A stretch of 62,982 nt of DNA, the filler included, from Licmophora abbreviata (Eukaryota): NCBI GenBank assembly GCA_900291995.1. It is 12 parts of 12 records of this genome, joined end to end, with 100 filler letters (N's around TTAATTAATTAA, not from the genome) between each part and the next. Parts side by side here need not be neighbours in the genome. Positions count along the whole stretch, not along the records: positions 1 to 12,466 come from OLMU01001312.1; 11 more parts are not named here. One strand, written 5' to 3'. Both the position numbers and the translations under genes were made by a program. The notes under the pieces are model-generated. The model was not told the origin of the DNA. It did no database searches and worked only from the letters and a program-made list of their open reading frames with translations. Positions 1-12,210 of the stretch are shown in pieces. Positions within the stretch are counted from its first letter, which is position 1. Each line of letters opens with the position of its first letter.

Positions 1-229
1 CCTCGGGCGGAAGCGCTCCTACTGAAGGCCTGCATGACAAACGGACATGCACCATCGTGCTACAATTTGGCAGTTATGTACTCGCAAGGAGATGATGGAG
101 TACCGGCAGACCCTGAAAAGGCAAGAAAGTTCCAGGACAAGACAGAAGAGATGGTTTCGACATTTGGAGGCTTTGGAATGTAGACTAGAGCTAGGATCAG
201 TTGAACCACAACTTATCCCTGGTACTAAA

Positions 230-3200
230 TCAGTTACCGGTAGAATCGTCTTCTTTTGCAAGCCGTTCGTTAGTCGTCCATTCCTTTGGTAGCATCGACG
301 TCGTGACACGCTGGATCGATCTGTTGCCTTTGTCTGCTTCGGCTTTCATGGCCGGGGCAAGAAGCTTCTTGTAAACCGAATCAGACGCTGCTCCACGCAG
401 CCGCACCAAAACGAAGTCATTTACAAGCCCTTTCTCGCAACACAGCTGAAAAGCCAGCTCGAGGTTTGCATCACGAAGTGACGGCTCAATCTTGAGCCGT
501 CCACAGGCCTGAATGAACCACCCAAACGTCAAACTCGAAGGAGTGATATCGGTTGATTCAAGGATCTCCACGAACACAATGGACGCTAATTGAAAGGCTT
601 CCTGTTGCTCTACTTCAGATCCGCTGACGAAGGCACATGCATTGATCACGAGCGAATACGAATGCTCGGTCATTCGTATTTCCTCGTTTCCATTCTTGGC
701 TTGCTTTTTCATACGTCGAAGTACGCGGTATGCTCGTTTCGCCTTGTCTGGGCTACTACATCTGGACCACGCGTTCAAAACTAGTCCGTAGCTCCGAACG
801 TTGGGTTGCATATCCATCACGCCGGCAGCATACTTTCGTTCCATGTTGTCCAGAGCCATTTCCGCGTTTAGACCCGCATCCTCCGCTCCAGAGCTTGCCC
901 ATGCGTGAATAACGCTATTCATCACTTGTGTGTTGAGATCCAGGTCAGAAACACCATGCTTCTCTTTCAGCTCTCGGATCTGCTTGAGCACTCTTTCGGC
1001 GGTGATACCGGCATCAGGATGTCTGCTATAGCCGAACGCGTCAACGACACATGTGAACGCATACAGATTCGGAGTCACCTCCTTCATGCCTTCCTTGAAA
1101 AGACACACGAGACGGCTCAGGATGTACTCTGCGCGATATGGCGCGTCTGGGTCTCGGCTCCTGGCATAGTGCGCAATGATATGAGTGAACGATCGGGTGT
1201 CGGGCTTTACGTTCGGATTTTCGTCTCTGCTGTATTCCAGGAGACGGTCAAGTACTGCTTCTGCTCGTTTGCCACTACCTCTTTTCTTCGACCTAGTAAA
1301 AGCATTGATGCAACTGTTGAACGAGAATGCATCGGGCCCAGCTCCAGTATCTCCCTTTCTGTACAGACTAAGCATGTGATACAACAGCTGCTCTGCTTTT
1401 TCCTCGTCTCTTCCTCGCGACATTGCGTCCAGCACAGCATTGTAAGTGCGGACATTTGGCTTGACATTTGGGTATCCAGCCTCATCACGAGCCAGCATGT
1501 GAGCGAGAATCTGCGTGCATCGACTTTGGGCCATCTTGAGTCGACTCTTTGCCCATCCTGCGCACACGATCGTATAGTGGTAAACGTCAGGTGGTTCATC
1601 GATTTTCCCATGTTCATACAACTCTTCCATACTACGAACGAGTTCATCAGCCCTAGAGACAGCATTTGGATCAGGGCTCTTCTGGTAAGCGCTCAAAACG
1701 GCGGCATAGCTGAAGGCATCTGGTTTCACATTCTTGCCCCCAGCGCGATACAGTCTCCACATGCGATTCAGTACTTGCTCTGCCTTGTCGGCAGCATCGC
1801 GATCGGACGAACGCGACAGGGCGTTCAACAGAGCGTTATAGGTACGTATTGTGGGACGAATATATTCATTCCCACCATCTGCATACTGCTCCATGCGGCG
1901 AATGATAGTCAACATTCGACCAACAGAGTCCTTTCGGCGACATCTCGATAGCGCTTGCAAAACAACATTGTAGCATTCAATGTCTAGCGAAACAGTCGGA
2001 GGAGCAGCACGGGATATCTCTTCTCGTCGCAGTGCTTCCTTTTCAGCACATTTTTCCATTTTCTCGAGGTTCGCTTCTGCAGCTCTAGCAGCGAAGGCGT
2101 CGTCAGGGCATCGCGAGCATGCAAGAATAGTCAATGCATAACTCAACCGATCGGGCTCAACTTCGAAACCACCATCCGATGCTGGCTTCTCCATTCGATC
2201 GAGTATCTGATCAGCCTTTTCGGCATGTGCTCGACTTGGCGACCGTGAAAGGGCATTCAAACACGCATTGTAGTTTACCACATTCGGTTTGGCATTCTCA
2301 TCACCCTCCTCGTGTTTCTTCAGCATCATATCCAGCACTGCCTCAGCTTTCTCGGCTGCATCAGGTCGATTGCTTCGAGCGTACACGTTCTGCAAAGCCG
2401 AGTATGTAAAAACATTTTTTGGAGCACCAATATCATCCATTAAATCGAACAATTCTTCGGCACGTGTAGTCGCATTCTTATCTCCGCTTCGGGCATAAGC
2501 ATCCATGAGCGTCGTAAAGCTAATTGCATCAGGTCGGAGAAGCTCGTTCCCACCCTTCCACTCCTCCATCATTTCATCCAAAACTCGCTCCGCCATCTTT
2601 GGTGAGCCGCGATCTGGATTCTTGCCCCATGCATTCATCAAAGTGTTGTAGCTTACGACGGAAGGAGCAATACTGGGATCATCTGTCTTCTTGTACATGT
2701 CAATCATGGCATCGTGAATGTGCTGCGCCCGTTCCGAGGAACCTTTGGCCCCACTCTTGGCCCAAGCGTCCATGGCCTTGATTCAACGGGGTGCAACAAA
2801 GCGAGTAAGCATGTAAATGTCAAGATGCTCAAGTTTTCACGAGAGACTACTTACAATGGTGTACATGCGGGTCGTGACAGTGATCAGCTTGTTCCCGGCT
2901 CGCAAGTCGTCGACGACGCGTTTCAACAATTTCTCCACAGTGAGAGCGGCACGGACCGATTTTCGTCTTCCCCATGCAGTCATTAAGCCGGAAATACTTT
3001 CGACGTCGTCTGGTATCAAGCTTCCGGCAGGAAAAATGGAAAGATCGAGTACCTCTTCCGTTGCCGCCTCCAACCATTGCTTGTCGCGTCGGAAGAAGCC
3101 TCGAGGAGGTGGATATCGAATAAATGAAGGAGGGTCGAGCATAGGATCATCCGAGTTATCCTCGTTTCCATCGTCGTGACTCTTTCCATCTCCTTTCAGT

Positions 3201-3559
3201 TCTTCTCGCTCGCCATCCACTTCGAATTCTTCCGCTGGACTGTAGACTCGATCCAGCCGGCGCGACCGCGACAGGGAGTCGGCGACTTCGGTCAGGTCCC
3301 GCTGAGATCCATCCTGCGAACTCAAAAGTCGTACTCTCGCACTTGATGCATCTACCACCAGCAGCACACTGGATCTGGGCGGACATTTGTCTCGTAAACG
3401 CGAAGATCGAAATTGATGTCGATAACAAGTCTGGTGACTTGTGAGGCTGTCGATCCCGGACAGGTAAAGAAGACTGAAAGTCACAACTTCAGGTATTTTC
3501 CGACGCCTTCTCCTATCTCGCATGTTTCTTACGTACTCTGACGGATTCATTGTAGTCAT
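230..3559 (-). CDS. Pentatricopeptide-repeat (PPR) protein, 2 exons (3559-2855, 2776-230)
   Basis: Many ~35-40 aa repeats (PSVVSYNTLMNAW, PDAISFTTLMDAY, PNVVNYNACLNAL, PDAFSYAAVLSAY). GT-AG intron 2854-2777 joins RMYTI to AMDAWAK in frame. Confidence 0.92.
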
Positions 3560-3803
3560 TCTGCAGCAGAAACAGCCACGGAAGGTCGAACACGGCGTTG
3601 CTGCTCTGCGACGGCGTGTGGCGGCGACGGCGTCAGGAGGAAGCGCGGGTTCTTGCTCTCGATGGAATGGGTCAGAAGCACGGACGGCATCATGTCGGTC
3701 CGCGGTCCGTCTCCCTTTTACGAGTTTAGACTTTAGGTCAAAGGACTAACGTAGACTAGGTTTAGGGTAATGAATGCTTGCCTCCGGCGGAATCACACAC
3801 TTA

Positions 3804-4424
3804 CTATCGCAGCTGTCCTGAGTCAGCGATCATAACTGGAACTCGAGTCCGTCCCGATTCCGATCCCACCTGCTCAACTGCCCTGACGATTTCCATACCC
3901 GAAATCACTTTGCCAAACACGACATGCTTCCCATCCAGCCAAGACGTCTCGGCCGTGCACAAGAAAAACTGACTTCCATTGGTTCCTGGTCCACTATTGG
4001 CCATCGACAAGGTTCCTGCCCGCTCGTGCTTCAATTTGAAATTCTCGTCGGCAAACTTTTCCCCATAAATGGACTCGCCGCTGCATGAAAGGCGAGGAGG
4101 CAAGAAGTAGTGTTTAGAGTTTGCATTTAAAGAACGCAAAAAAGCAGACATAGCAGTCTACCCTGCTCACCCAGTTCCATTGTGACGAGTAAAGTCTCCG
4201 CCTTGACACATGAATCCTGGAATGACGCGATGAAACGAGCTTCCTTTGAAGTGAAGTAGCTTCCCGGACCGACCAGTTCCTTTTTCTCCAGTACAAAGAG
4301 CACGAAAGTTCTCGGCAGTTCGCGGAACTACATCGGCTCGTAATTCCATTTCAATGCGCCCTTTTGGCGACCCGCCTATGGTTATGTCAAAGAATACGAC
4401 GGGATTGCTGCTGTCGCTGCTCAT
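3804..4424 (-). CDS. Cyclophilin-type peptidyl-prolyl cis-trans isomerase, 2 exons (intron 4170-4081)
   Basis: Motifs [64 protein letters not shown]. The GTGAG...GCAG intron restores GTGGESIYG. Confidence 0.97.
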
Positions 4425-4626
4425 GGTCGAGGTGTGAGCGATGATGAACTTGTTGTGTCACGACGGCAGACGGCGGATTGATTCATTCCATTCATTCAGG
4501 ATTCCGCATGACAGATTGAAGATGATCCATTCGACTGTTTTCGCGCGAAAACCGCGCGGTCACAAAGAAACTTCAAACTGAGAAAACGAGAAAACGCAGA
4601 ATTTGCTGCCGACAAAAAGCGCAACC

Positions 4627-6499
4627 ATGGCGAAACGCTCCTCGTCACGCCGTCTCCAAAATGAAGACAACAATGAAGAGGACGGAACCCTCCCGAGCTC
4701 CATGCGAGAACGCAATCGCGCCGTGGCGGAACGCGAAGCGTCTCGATTAGCTCGTCCTGAACGGCGTCAAGTCGGAACGCTTGCTCATGCCAGTCGTCTC
4801 AAGAGTGCCGTCACGTCCACTCCTTCCGGATACTTTGTCAAGCAGAGCCCGGACGCAGCGTCGGAAGAGTGGTGTGGTCCCTTCAGTGTGGCGAGACAAG
4901 TGAGTTGCGGAAGACAAGAGATTTGTCGCGCTCGCGTTCGATATGGTTTCTTATCTGACGTTTCCGCCTTATATTTTCTTTTGTCAGATGATTGCCAAGC
5001 GAGAAGAGGCTCGTCGCAAGCGCGAAGCAGAACAGGAAGAAGAAGCACCGCATCCGTTGGATGCTGTTGTAGAGCAGGTCGAGCTGGAACGGAAGCGCAA
5101 AGCGAATCCGTCCTTGCAGTGGAAGTCGAGCCTTGCCACGTTCACTCATGACTCGAACAACACGCAGTCATACTACGCCAAGCGACAGAGACGTATCCAT
5201 GTCCAGACGAAATCTGCAGCGCCCTCCTTGTTCAAGATGTGTGTTGATTACTTGGTGGAGAACTTTGAGCACGTTGAGGCGCTGGGCGATGTCGATAGTT
5301 CGATTCGACGAGTTTTGTGCGAAGAACTTGTGGCCCACAAAAAGCTCAATGCTCTGGCCTTTGATGCTGTCGCGGAAACCGGAATCGAAGCACTGGAGCT
5401 GGTAGATTGTGCTGAAGTCACACAAGACCAGCTTGCAAAAGCTCTTACAAAACTCCTTCCTGGTGGGCTGCGTCTCCTGTATCTGCAAATGGCCGGTCGC
5501 TGCTTTGGTCCAAAAGCAGTTCAGGCTATCGTGTCATCGACCGACAAGGCGCTCTTTGCCATTTCCATTGGTGGGGCCTATCTGCTCAAGGACCAAGATG
5601 CGGCTGCCTTGCTGCACAGCACGGTAGCGACTCTATCTTCGGTTCAATTCAAAGCATGCCCGCTCCTCGGCAGTCAGTTCTGCAAGGCGCTGAGCACGGC
5701 ATTTTCGTCAAGTGCCGAAGGAACGCTGCTGGAGCTGTCTCTGGAAGATCTTGCTCTACAAAAGAATGATCTATTGTCAATCGGAGCCTCGTCGGATGCG
5801 CTAAGGAACTTGAAAAGCCTCACGCTCAAGCAGATCGACACAGTTGACGACCAAGTCGTTCTTACGCTTTTGGATGCGGTGGGGGACCGCCTGGAAGGCA
5901 TTGATTTGAGCTGTTGTCACAACCTTTCAGATGACGCTTTGTCAGGAATCCGTCGTTGCAACACGAGCGGATCGCTGCGCTCCCTTCAGCTCAGTGGCGC
6001 TAAGAACCTTACGGAGGCGGGCTTGGAAGCCTTGTTTACACACCACATTCCCGGTCTCCCAAGCCCTCCTATGCTGCGAAAATTGGACTTGTCGGGATGC
6101 GACTATGACTCCGTTACAGATGATGTCGTGTGTCTTGCCGCCAGGGCATCGTCAATGAAACGAGAAGATGGGACAGTCTCTGACACATTGTCATCCATGG
6201 GTGGGATTGTGCACGTCAACATTAACGGTTCATCCTGCACGGACCGGACGATGGAAAGTTTCGCTTCCACGTCCGCATCATCCTTGCGTGAGCTGGATGT
6301 CTCATTTTGTCCGCTCATTACCGACAAGGGGCTGGGATACCTCGTGTCCAAGGCAGGCCGTCAGCTGACAAAGATCCACATCTGGGGCTGTGCCCAGATT
6401 ACTGAAGAGTTTCTGGATGGACACAGTCGAGTTGGGGACAGCAGCTTCGAGGTCATCGGCTCTTGGATGAAAAAGAGTGGTGGGCTATCAGTACGATAA
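4627..6499 (+). CDS. RAD7/Rhp7-like leucine-rich-repeat nucleotide excision repair protein, 2 exons (intron 4900-4987)
   Basis: WCGPFSVARQ|MIAKRE and APSLFKMCVDYLVENF...LGDV segments resemble Rad7 homologs. They are followed by cysteine-containing LRRs (LRELDVSFCPLITDKGLGYL, IWGCAQIT). Confidence 0.75.
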
Positions 6500-6537
6500 A
6501 TTACCTTCAGCTCGTCTCTAGATTACAGACTATGGTT

Positions 6538-7227
6538 TCATTGCACTGATTGCAGAACGGAACTTAGCTTGGAGACAAGCTCTTGCATTTCTGGATCCGC
6601 CTTCATGGCGTTCTCCAGATCCTCTCGTCCGCCCGTCATCATTAGTTTCATCGCATCTTGCATTTTGGTGCTTTGCAACAAGGTCATGATTTCTGGGTTG
6701 GACATCAGCTTCTTGAGCATGTCTGGCGACATTCCTCCGGGTAACGTTCCATCATTTGCCACAACTTGTTCAATAACCTCCTCTTCGACTTCAGTTTTTT
6801 TCTCCTGGAAGGTTTCCTCCAGCTTTCGTTTATTGAACTCATTGAGAATCTCTGGATCCGCCTTGCCCGTCGCCCGTGCTTCCTCAAGTCTACCCACAAG
6901 CGCTTCTTTGTCAAAGCAGTCCGTAAAGTCAATCCCCCTCATTTCCAGCTCCGACCTGATCTCGCTTACTCTCATCTGCCCCGGTTCTACTGCTTCCTCT
7001 TCGTCATCCTCGAAATCGTCATCCTTGAAATATTTCGATGCCGAGGCAGAAAGAATTCGTAGCGTGAAATTTGGATGGGCGATGGCATGACTACCTTGTC
7101 TGGCCCGTGACGGACTCGAGATAAAGGCCAGGTCCGCCGAGATGGGCAGAGCTGCTACTGCTACATCCATTGAAACCAACATCGTCAAGGGGATCAAGAG
7201 AAAGGACTTGGGGATCATCCTGATCAT
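6538..7227 (-). CDS. STI1/DP-repeat co-chaperone-like protein with signal peptide (probably plastid-targeted)
   Basis: Hydrophobic N-terminus, a helical SEIRSELEMRGIDFTDCFDKEALV motif, and C-terminal LMSNPEIMTLLQ...DPEMQELVSKL STI1-like repeats. Confidence 0.6.
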   Translation of the reverse strand: MIRMIPKSFLLIPLTMLVSMDVAVAALPISADLAFISSPSRARQGSHAIAHPNFTLRILSASASKYFKDDDFEDDEEEAVEPGQMRVSEIRSELEMRGIDFTDCFDKEALVGRLEEARATGKADPEILNEFNKRKLEETFQEKKTEVEEEVIEQVVANDGTLPGGMSPDMLKKLMSNPEIMTLLQSTKMQDAMKLMMTGGREDLENAMKADPEMQELVSKLSSVLQSVQ

Positions 7228-7534
7228 CCATTAAAGTCTACAGAACGAATCCAGCATCAACTTCTATAAATGCCCCAATCACAGCATGGTCAACTGGAGT
7301 CGAATTTGCGGGGGGTAAGTTTTCAAACGCGCTTCGCGGTTCGTGCGTCATCACAGCCAAAAATACGAGCTCTCTGGCGAGCTCGTCCGTGACTGTGATG
7401 TTGACGCGAAAAAGAAGAAGTGAAAGTGAAACAAGACCGAAATTGTTCGTTGGCAATCACCATGCAGCATACTGAATACAGCGACAAATCACTGCAGCAC
7501 ATCGCAATTACTTTAGTATATAATAACAATCCCC

Positions 7535-9228
7535 ATGGATGATCGACCACGGAAGTTTGCTACCGTGGGGGAGACAGTCCAGACTGACTATGGAAAAGGG
7601 AGAGTGGTTGAGTACAGAAAAGAAGATTCAACGTATTTAATCAAGCTACCAGAAGCCATGGTGCTCTATACAAGAAGCCCTCAAGTCCCAATTTCGACGA
7701 CAATGGAGCTGAATGTGGCGTATGAAGCTCTGGAGAAGATGCGACGACTGAATTTACAAATGGAAATGTTTGAAAAGACGGGGAGCGACACTGTCGATTT
7801 TACAGAATGTACGACATGTCTGTTGCAAGACGGATCTCAACGTCGCTTCGCACGACTCCAACGGATTGTCGACAACAATCACGAGACGAACGGCAAAGAC
7901 CACCAAAGCAACAGAAAAGTCTTCCCACGCATTCAAGATGCACTCGACAAGCGACAGCGCTCCAACGCGTCTCCCTGTTTGATTTGTGCGGCGCATACCT
8001 GTTCGACACATGCATCCTCACCCTTTTCCAAGGAAACATCACACTTTGTCAACACTGCGAACGCTTTTTTGAACTTGATTTTATCGTAGAGTGCGTATCT
8101 GATCCATCAAAAAGAGAGAAACATGTCCACCATATGGTGGATTTGTATGATCGAAGTCTGTTGCTCTTGCGATATTCCTCTCAATACATCAAGTCTCTCA
8201 GCGAAGCACTGGAGAGGAGCACCGAACAGCAGAACAAGATTGGCTTGGGATCCAGTGGGGTGGGCATCGTATCGGGGGCGTTAGGGCTTGCAGCCGCTGC
8301 GACCATCATGACTCCAGTAGGGCCACCACTTATGGTCGCGTCCTTGTTGTTTGGAGGTGGAGCGACCGCTGTCCAAACAGGAACTCAAGTCATGAACTAT
8401 CAGAGCGAACCGAACAAGCTGGCGGACCGTATCATTGCCTTGTATGGAATCAACAAGTCTATAATGAGAGTTACCAGTACTCTCCGAGATGCAGTGGCAA
8501 TGCGAGATAGGGACAACGAACTTCCAAACCGAGATCTTTTGCAAGACCTACACAACAGCGACTCGACAGCCAGACCCACTGGTGTCTTGACTACCGCCAA
8601 AGTTGGACAGAGCTTGACACTGGGCGGTGCCAATATGACGAGTAGTGCTGTTACAGCAGGAGCAGAAGCGGGAGTGATGGGTGGAGCGCGATCCGCCACG
8701 GCTCTGTCCAGATCAGCTACTGCAGCAGCTCGCACCTTACGATTTGCTCGCTTTGCGGGCGGTGCGTTATCTGCAGCAGTCATTGTAATGGAAGCCAACG
8801 CAATTCAATCCACTATACAGCAGATCCGTGCGGGGAACCCTTGCGAGAAGGCTGAGACGCTTCGACAGATTAAAGATGAGTTGGAGGGTCTTAGGTCAAC
8901 GGAAAGTTTGGATAGTGAATGTCAATCATATTTGGATGCGCTTGCCGAAACGCCGATTTCAAAGGAAGATGATGACACTCTGTGCGAGGCAGGTGCCATG
9001 ATTGTCGATGGCGATGGCGATGACGATGCCGAGGAACAGAAGTCTGGGGCACCACTGCGACTTTCAACTAGCTCGAGGACAGGCGGCATGTCGTTATTGG
9101 AACGTATCCAGCGGCACAAGCTGGAAGAGAGCGGCGTTCTGAAACGCGACGATTTTGATGACGACATGAATGAAGTAGAGGAAGCAAGGCAAGGTTCACA
9201 CGACTTGGATCTTGCCCTCTTAACATAG
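7535..9228 (+). CDS. Cys-rich Zn-finger + apolipoprotein-L-like hydrophobic-domain protein; apparent 1-nt frameshift near 8034
   Basis: Two overlapping ORFs. Adding one A in AAGGAAAC joins CLIC..TCSTH..FSKE to NITLCQHC. Downstream is a Gly/Ala-rich hydrophobic hairpin GIVSGALGLAAAATIMTPVGPPLMVASLLFGGGATAV. Confidence 0.6.
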
Positions 9229-9502
9229 AACGAAGCCAGTCCAACCCCGTGCTCGACGACAGTAGAGTTTACCGGGTAGACCCACAAGCGGGTTTTACGC
9301 GTAGATTCGTGCGCTAGCTCACCGGCAGAAGAGGCTAAGACGTACTCGTATCCGGGTAGATGTGGAGCGCGACCTCGTGGCGAAACGTAACTCACGCGTT
9401 CCGCGCGGCGGCGCTCGACACACCACACATCGACCATGGCGATCCCGCTTGTGAAAAGTGGCCGCCTTTTCCGTCTGGGAGGGCGTACGAAACAGAAGAA
9501 GA

Positions 9503-10333
9503 ATGCCTTACGATGAGACTGGCAACGAATGGAAAATGGTCACTCGCGCCGATCGACGCCGTGTCATCAAAGGCAAAATTCGGCGAGGGCAGAGGAGACC
9601 GACAAGCGACGTGAAGTCCGTGAGGGAACGGCCACACTGGACAGTCTCGGAGCAGGACCGTATCGTCAAGACTCTGTCAGACTGCGCAGTCAAGTTTCCA
9701 ACCACCGATATTCATAAGATTATTCTATCTGCTTTGGATAATGGCATTGACCAGCTCGTCTGCTTTGGGATTGGGAATCTTGCAATGCACCCCTCGCCAT
9801 CCATGTGGCAGCTGGCGTGTGCCCTCAGTCTGCGAACGGCTCTACAAGAGAGACAGAGTCAGTCTATTGATCTGTTTTTCTACGATCCCCTGACATCTAC
9901 TGAAGAACTGGAAATCATGGAGAAACACTATGACGTGACTGTACTCCCTACGAACGACCGCGGTGAGCGAGCTGTCGATGGACACAGAACACTCTTCTTC
10001 ATGCCACACTGTCCTGTATCGCTGTATCGCAATGTTGTTCTGACGAACTGGGACGAGCTAGTAGATCATGTACTGATCATCGGAAATTCAATATTGAACT
10101 ATGTGGATCAAAATCGAAACGCAGAAGCTCTACTACCACTGTGCCCGTTCCTAAAGGAACGCACCATAGAGGCATCGAGTCGGGACTTGAGAGAGACCGA
10201 AGGCGATCTTGATGGGGCGTTCAACGATACGTACTTGTCCTCTTTTGTGCGTGATGAAGGAGAAGTGTGGCCGTCGAAACCGGAGGAATTGAATGAAAAC
10301 AGGCTTGGGGAGGACGGCGAAATGATTGTGTGA
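9503..10333 (+). CDS. SRR1-domain protein (sensitivity to red light reduced 1 / BER1-like)
   Basis: Motifs LVCFGIGN, WQLACAL, FYDPL, TLFFMPHCPVSLYRNVV, IIGNS, AFNDT are typical of the SRR1 domain. Confidence 0.85.
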   Translation: MPYDETGNEWKMVTRADRRRVIKGKIRRGQRRPTSDVKSVRERPHWTVSEQDRIVKTLSDCAVKFPTTDIHKIILSALDNGIDQLVCFGIGNLAMHPSPSMWQLACALSLRTALQERQSQSIDLFFYDPLTSTEELEIMEKHYDVTVLPTNDRGERAVDGHRTLFFMPHCPVSLYRNVVLTNWDELVDHVLIIGNSILNYVDQNRNAEALLPLCPFLKERTIEASSRDLRETEGDLDGAFNDTYLSSFVRDEGEVWPSKPEELNENRLGEDGEMIV

Positions 10334-10561
10334 TGGCGTCTCAAGGGGCCTAGGCCTCCTCACGGCAATAACCCTCTAGACTCTAAGGCCTCCACAGGTA
10401 CTTGGTTGCGCAAAAAGACTTGTAAGGACAGTGAAATAGACGCGTTGACTACTAAAGATGAATATGGCATCGGCACGCGTCACAATCCGAATTGAACGAC
10501 GCCCTTGCGAGATGTCGAGGGTTCATGACGCAAAGAAAGTCGTCACGAGCATGCCTCTGCG

Positions 10562-11126
10562 TCAAAAGTTCATACCGTCAATGGAAACACCAATCTCACC
10601 GAAGGTGTTGCCATGAAGAACTGAATGTTCTACCAGGGTAGCGACGTCTCTGCGAATACCGTCCATTTCAGTACGAAGGCTAGCTGTTTCAAGGAACAGC
10701 TGATCGATCTTTTGTCCATGCTCGTCAATCTTGCGTCCGTGCTCATCGACCTTTGACTTGATCTCGCCTAGCTCCTTGATGACTCGACCCTCGAATCGAG
10801 CAAGGTGCTCAAGCAGTGCTCGATTACTCAGCGGGATGTCGTCCGCCAATAGACCTGGAGACGACATGGTCGAACGAGATGATTTTGACGAGCGACTCTT
10901 ACGGGTACTACTCGATCGACGGGATGACTTGGACAAACTGCTGGAGCGAGACGCTTTGGACAAAGCGCTTGATGGCAACTGTGTTGTGTTGAGTCGTAGA
11001 GGCAAACTATGTGAGTGACGATGAAATTTCAGAAACGTATCGCGGTTGAAAGTTCTTGACGTCAACTTACCGTGCTGGGCATGAGGTCTTTTTGAGGCGA
11101 GTGATCGTAGCTAGTGCTCTGACCAT
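10562..11126 (-). CDS. Hypothetical coiled-coil protein with Ser/Arg-rich N-terminus (intron 11070-11007; 3' end uncertain)
   Basis: A GTAAG...CATAG intron joins MVRALATITRLKKTSCPAR to LPLRLN in frame. Heptad repeats KVDEHGR-KIDEHGQ-KIDQL follow. Confidence 0.45.
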
Positions 11127-12210
11127 TCTGGATGGAAAGAAAAGAATACGAAGATGAAGCACGTCTGTGTCAGCGCTTGGTATGAAAATCTCTGAGGATG
11201 AACTCGAATCGAGAGACCATCCAATGCAGACCAGCGCGCATTTCCGTTCGACCGCATTATGGTGACCATATTCAAGCACTCACCTTGGCGTTGTAATGCT
11301 GGCTGTGGTACATCTTGAAGAAGTAGAAAGTCTATGACTAGTCAAGAGCCGTGCGTGATGCAAAAAAGTGAGAAAAGTGGAGATGATTGTGGAGCACGCG
11401 GCTGGTTTAGAAAACCTGTCGAATTCGAAACGTTGTCGTTTGAAACTGATTTCCAATCTGAACGTTTGAATTTCAAACTGTTTTGAGCATGATCTCTGGT
11501 TCCAAAATTGGAAATGTTGACTGTTTGTTGAATGGCTTCTTTTGACTCGGGAGATACCTTCACCAGTCAGTGGCTAGTCTAGGTCGTACACGGCAGGCGT
11601 GAACGATGTTGTCAGACACCTATCTCTATAAGTCGCATAGTTCCGGCTCCTATACGGGCGGGACATCTGCCTCGTAGGCTAGGCCCCTTTTCACTAGCTC
11701 GTTTAGACTGACTCACGCCCTTGTACTGTTCCGGTAAGTGTTAATCGAGCATATGAGAATTCTCGAACAGGTTTGAGGAGTACTGGATTGCGAGATTATA
11801 TGCTCTCAGAAAAAGAAATGAAGGAGGACAAACAATCCGATTGGGGACTCGGCAGCAACACAACAATACTGTTCAAATACAACAAAATGCAAGCAAGTTC
11901 AAAGTACTATACGATACGATACCATCATTTGGTATCATATCGTACCAGGTAACGTGGGTATGATACCGGTTTAAGACTATACCGCGATGTTGAATGTGAC
12001 GATCGCGAGGAAGCAGTTGCTGACGTCACGTGGACTGAATTTTTTGGTTTTTGGCGGGAAAACGGATGTGAAGTGATGCGACGGGAAAGTAAATGTTCGT
12101 GACAAGAGATAGACTAGTCTGTTGCGCTTTCAGACTACTGTCATATCCTTTTGCTCGTTTGGCAAAGCCACAAAACGAATTCAGTGTATGCACACGTCGC
12201 TGCCTTGTCA

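Noticed and set aside
905..1951. 348-aa plus-strand ORF
   Set aside because: Antisense shadow of the PPR gene with no protein motifs. The same applies to most short ORFs in the track.
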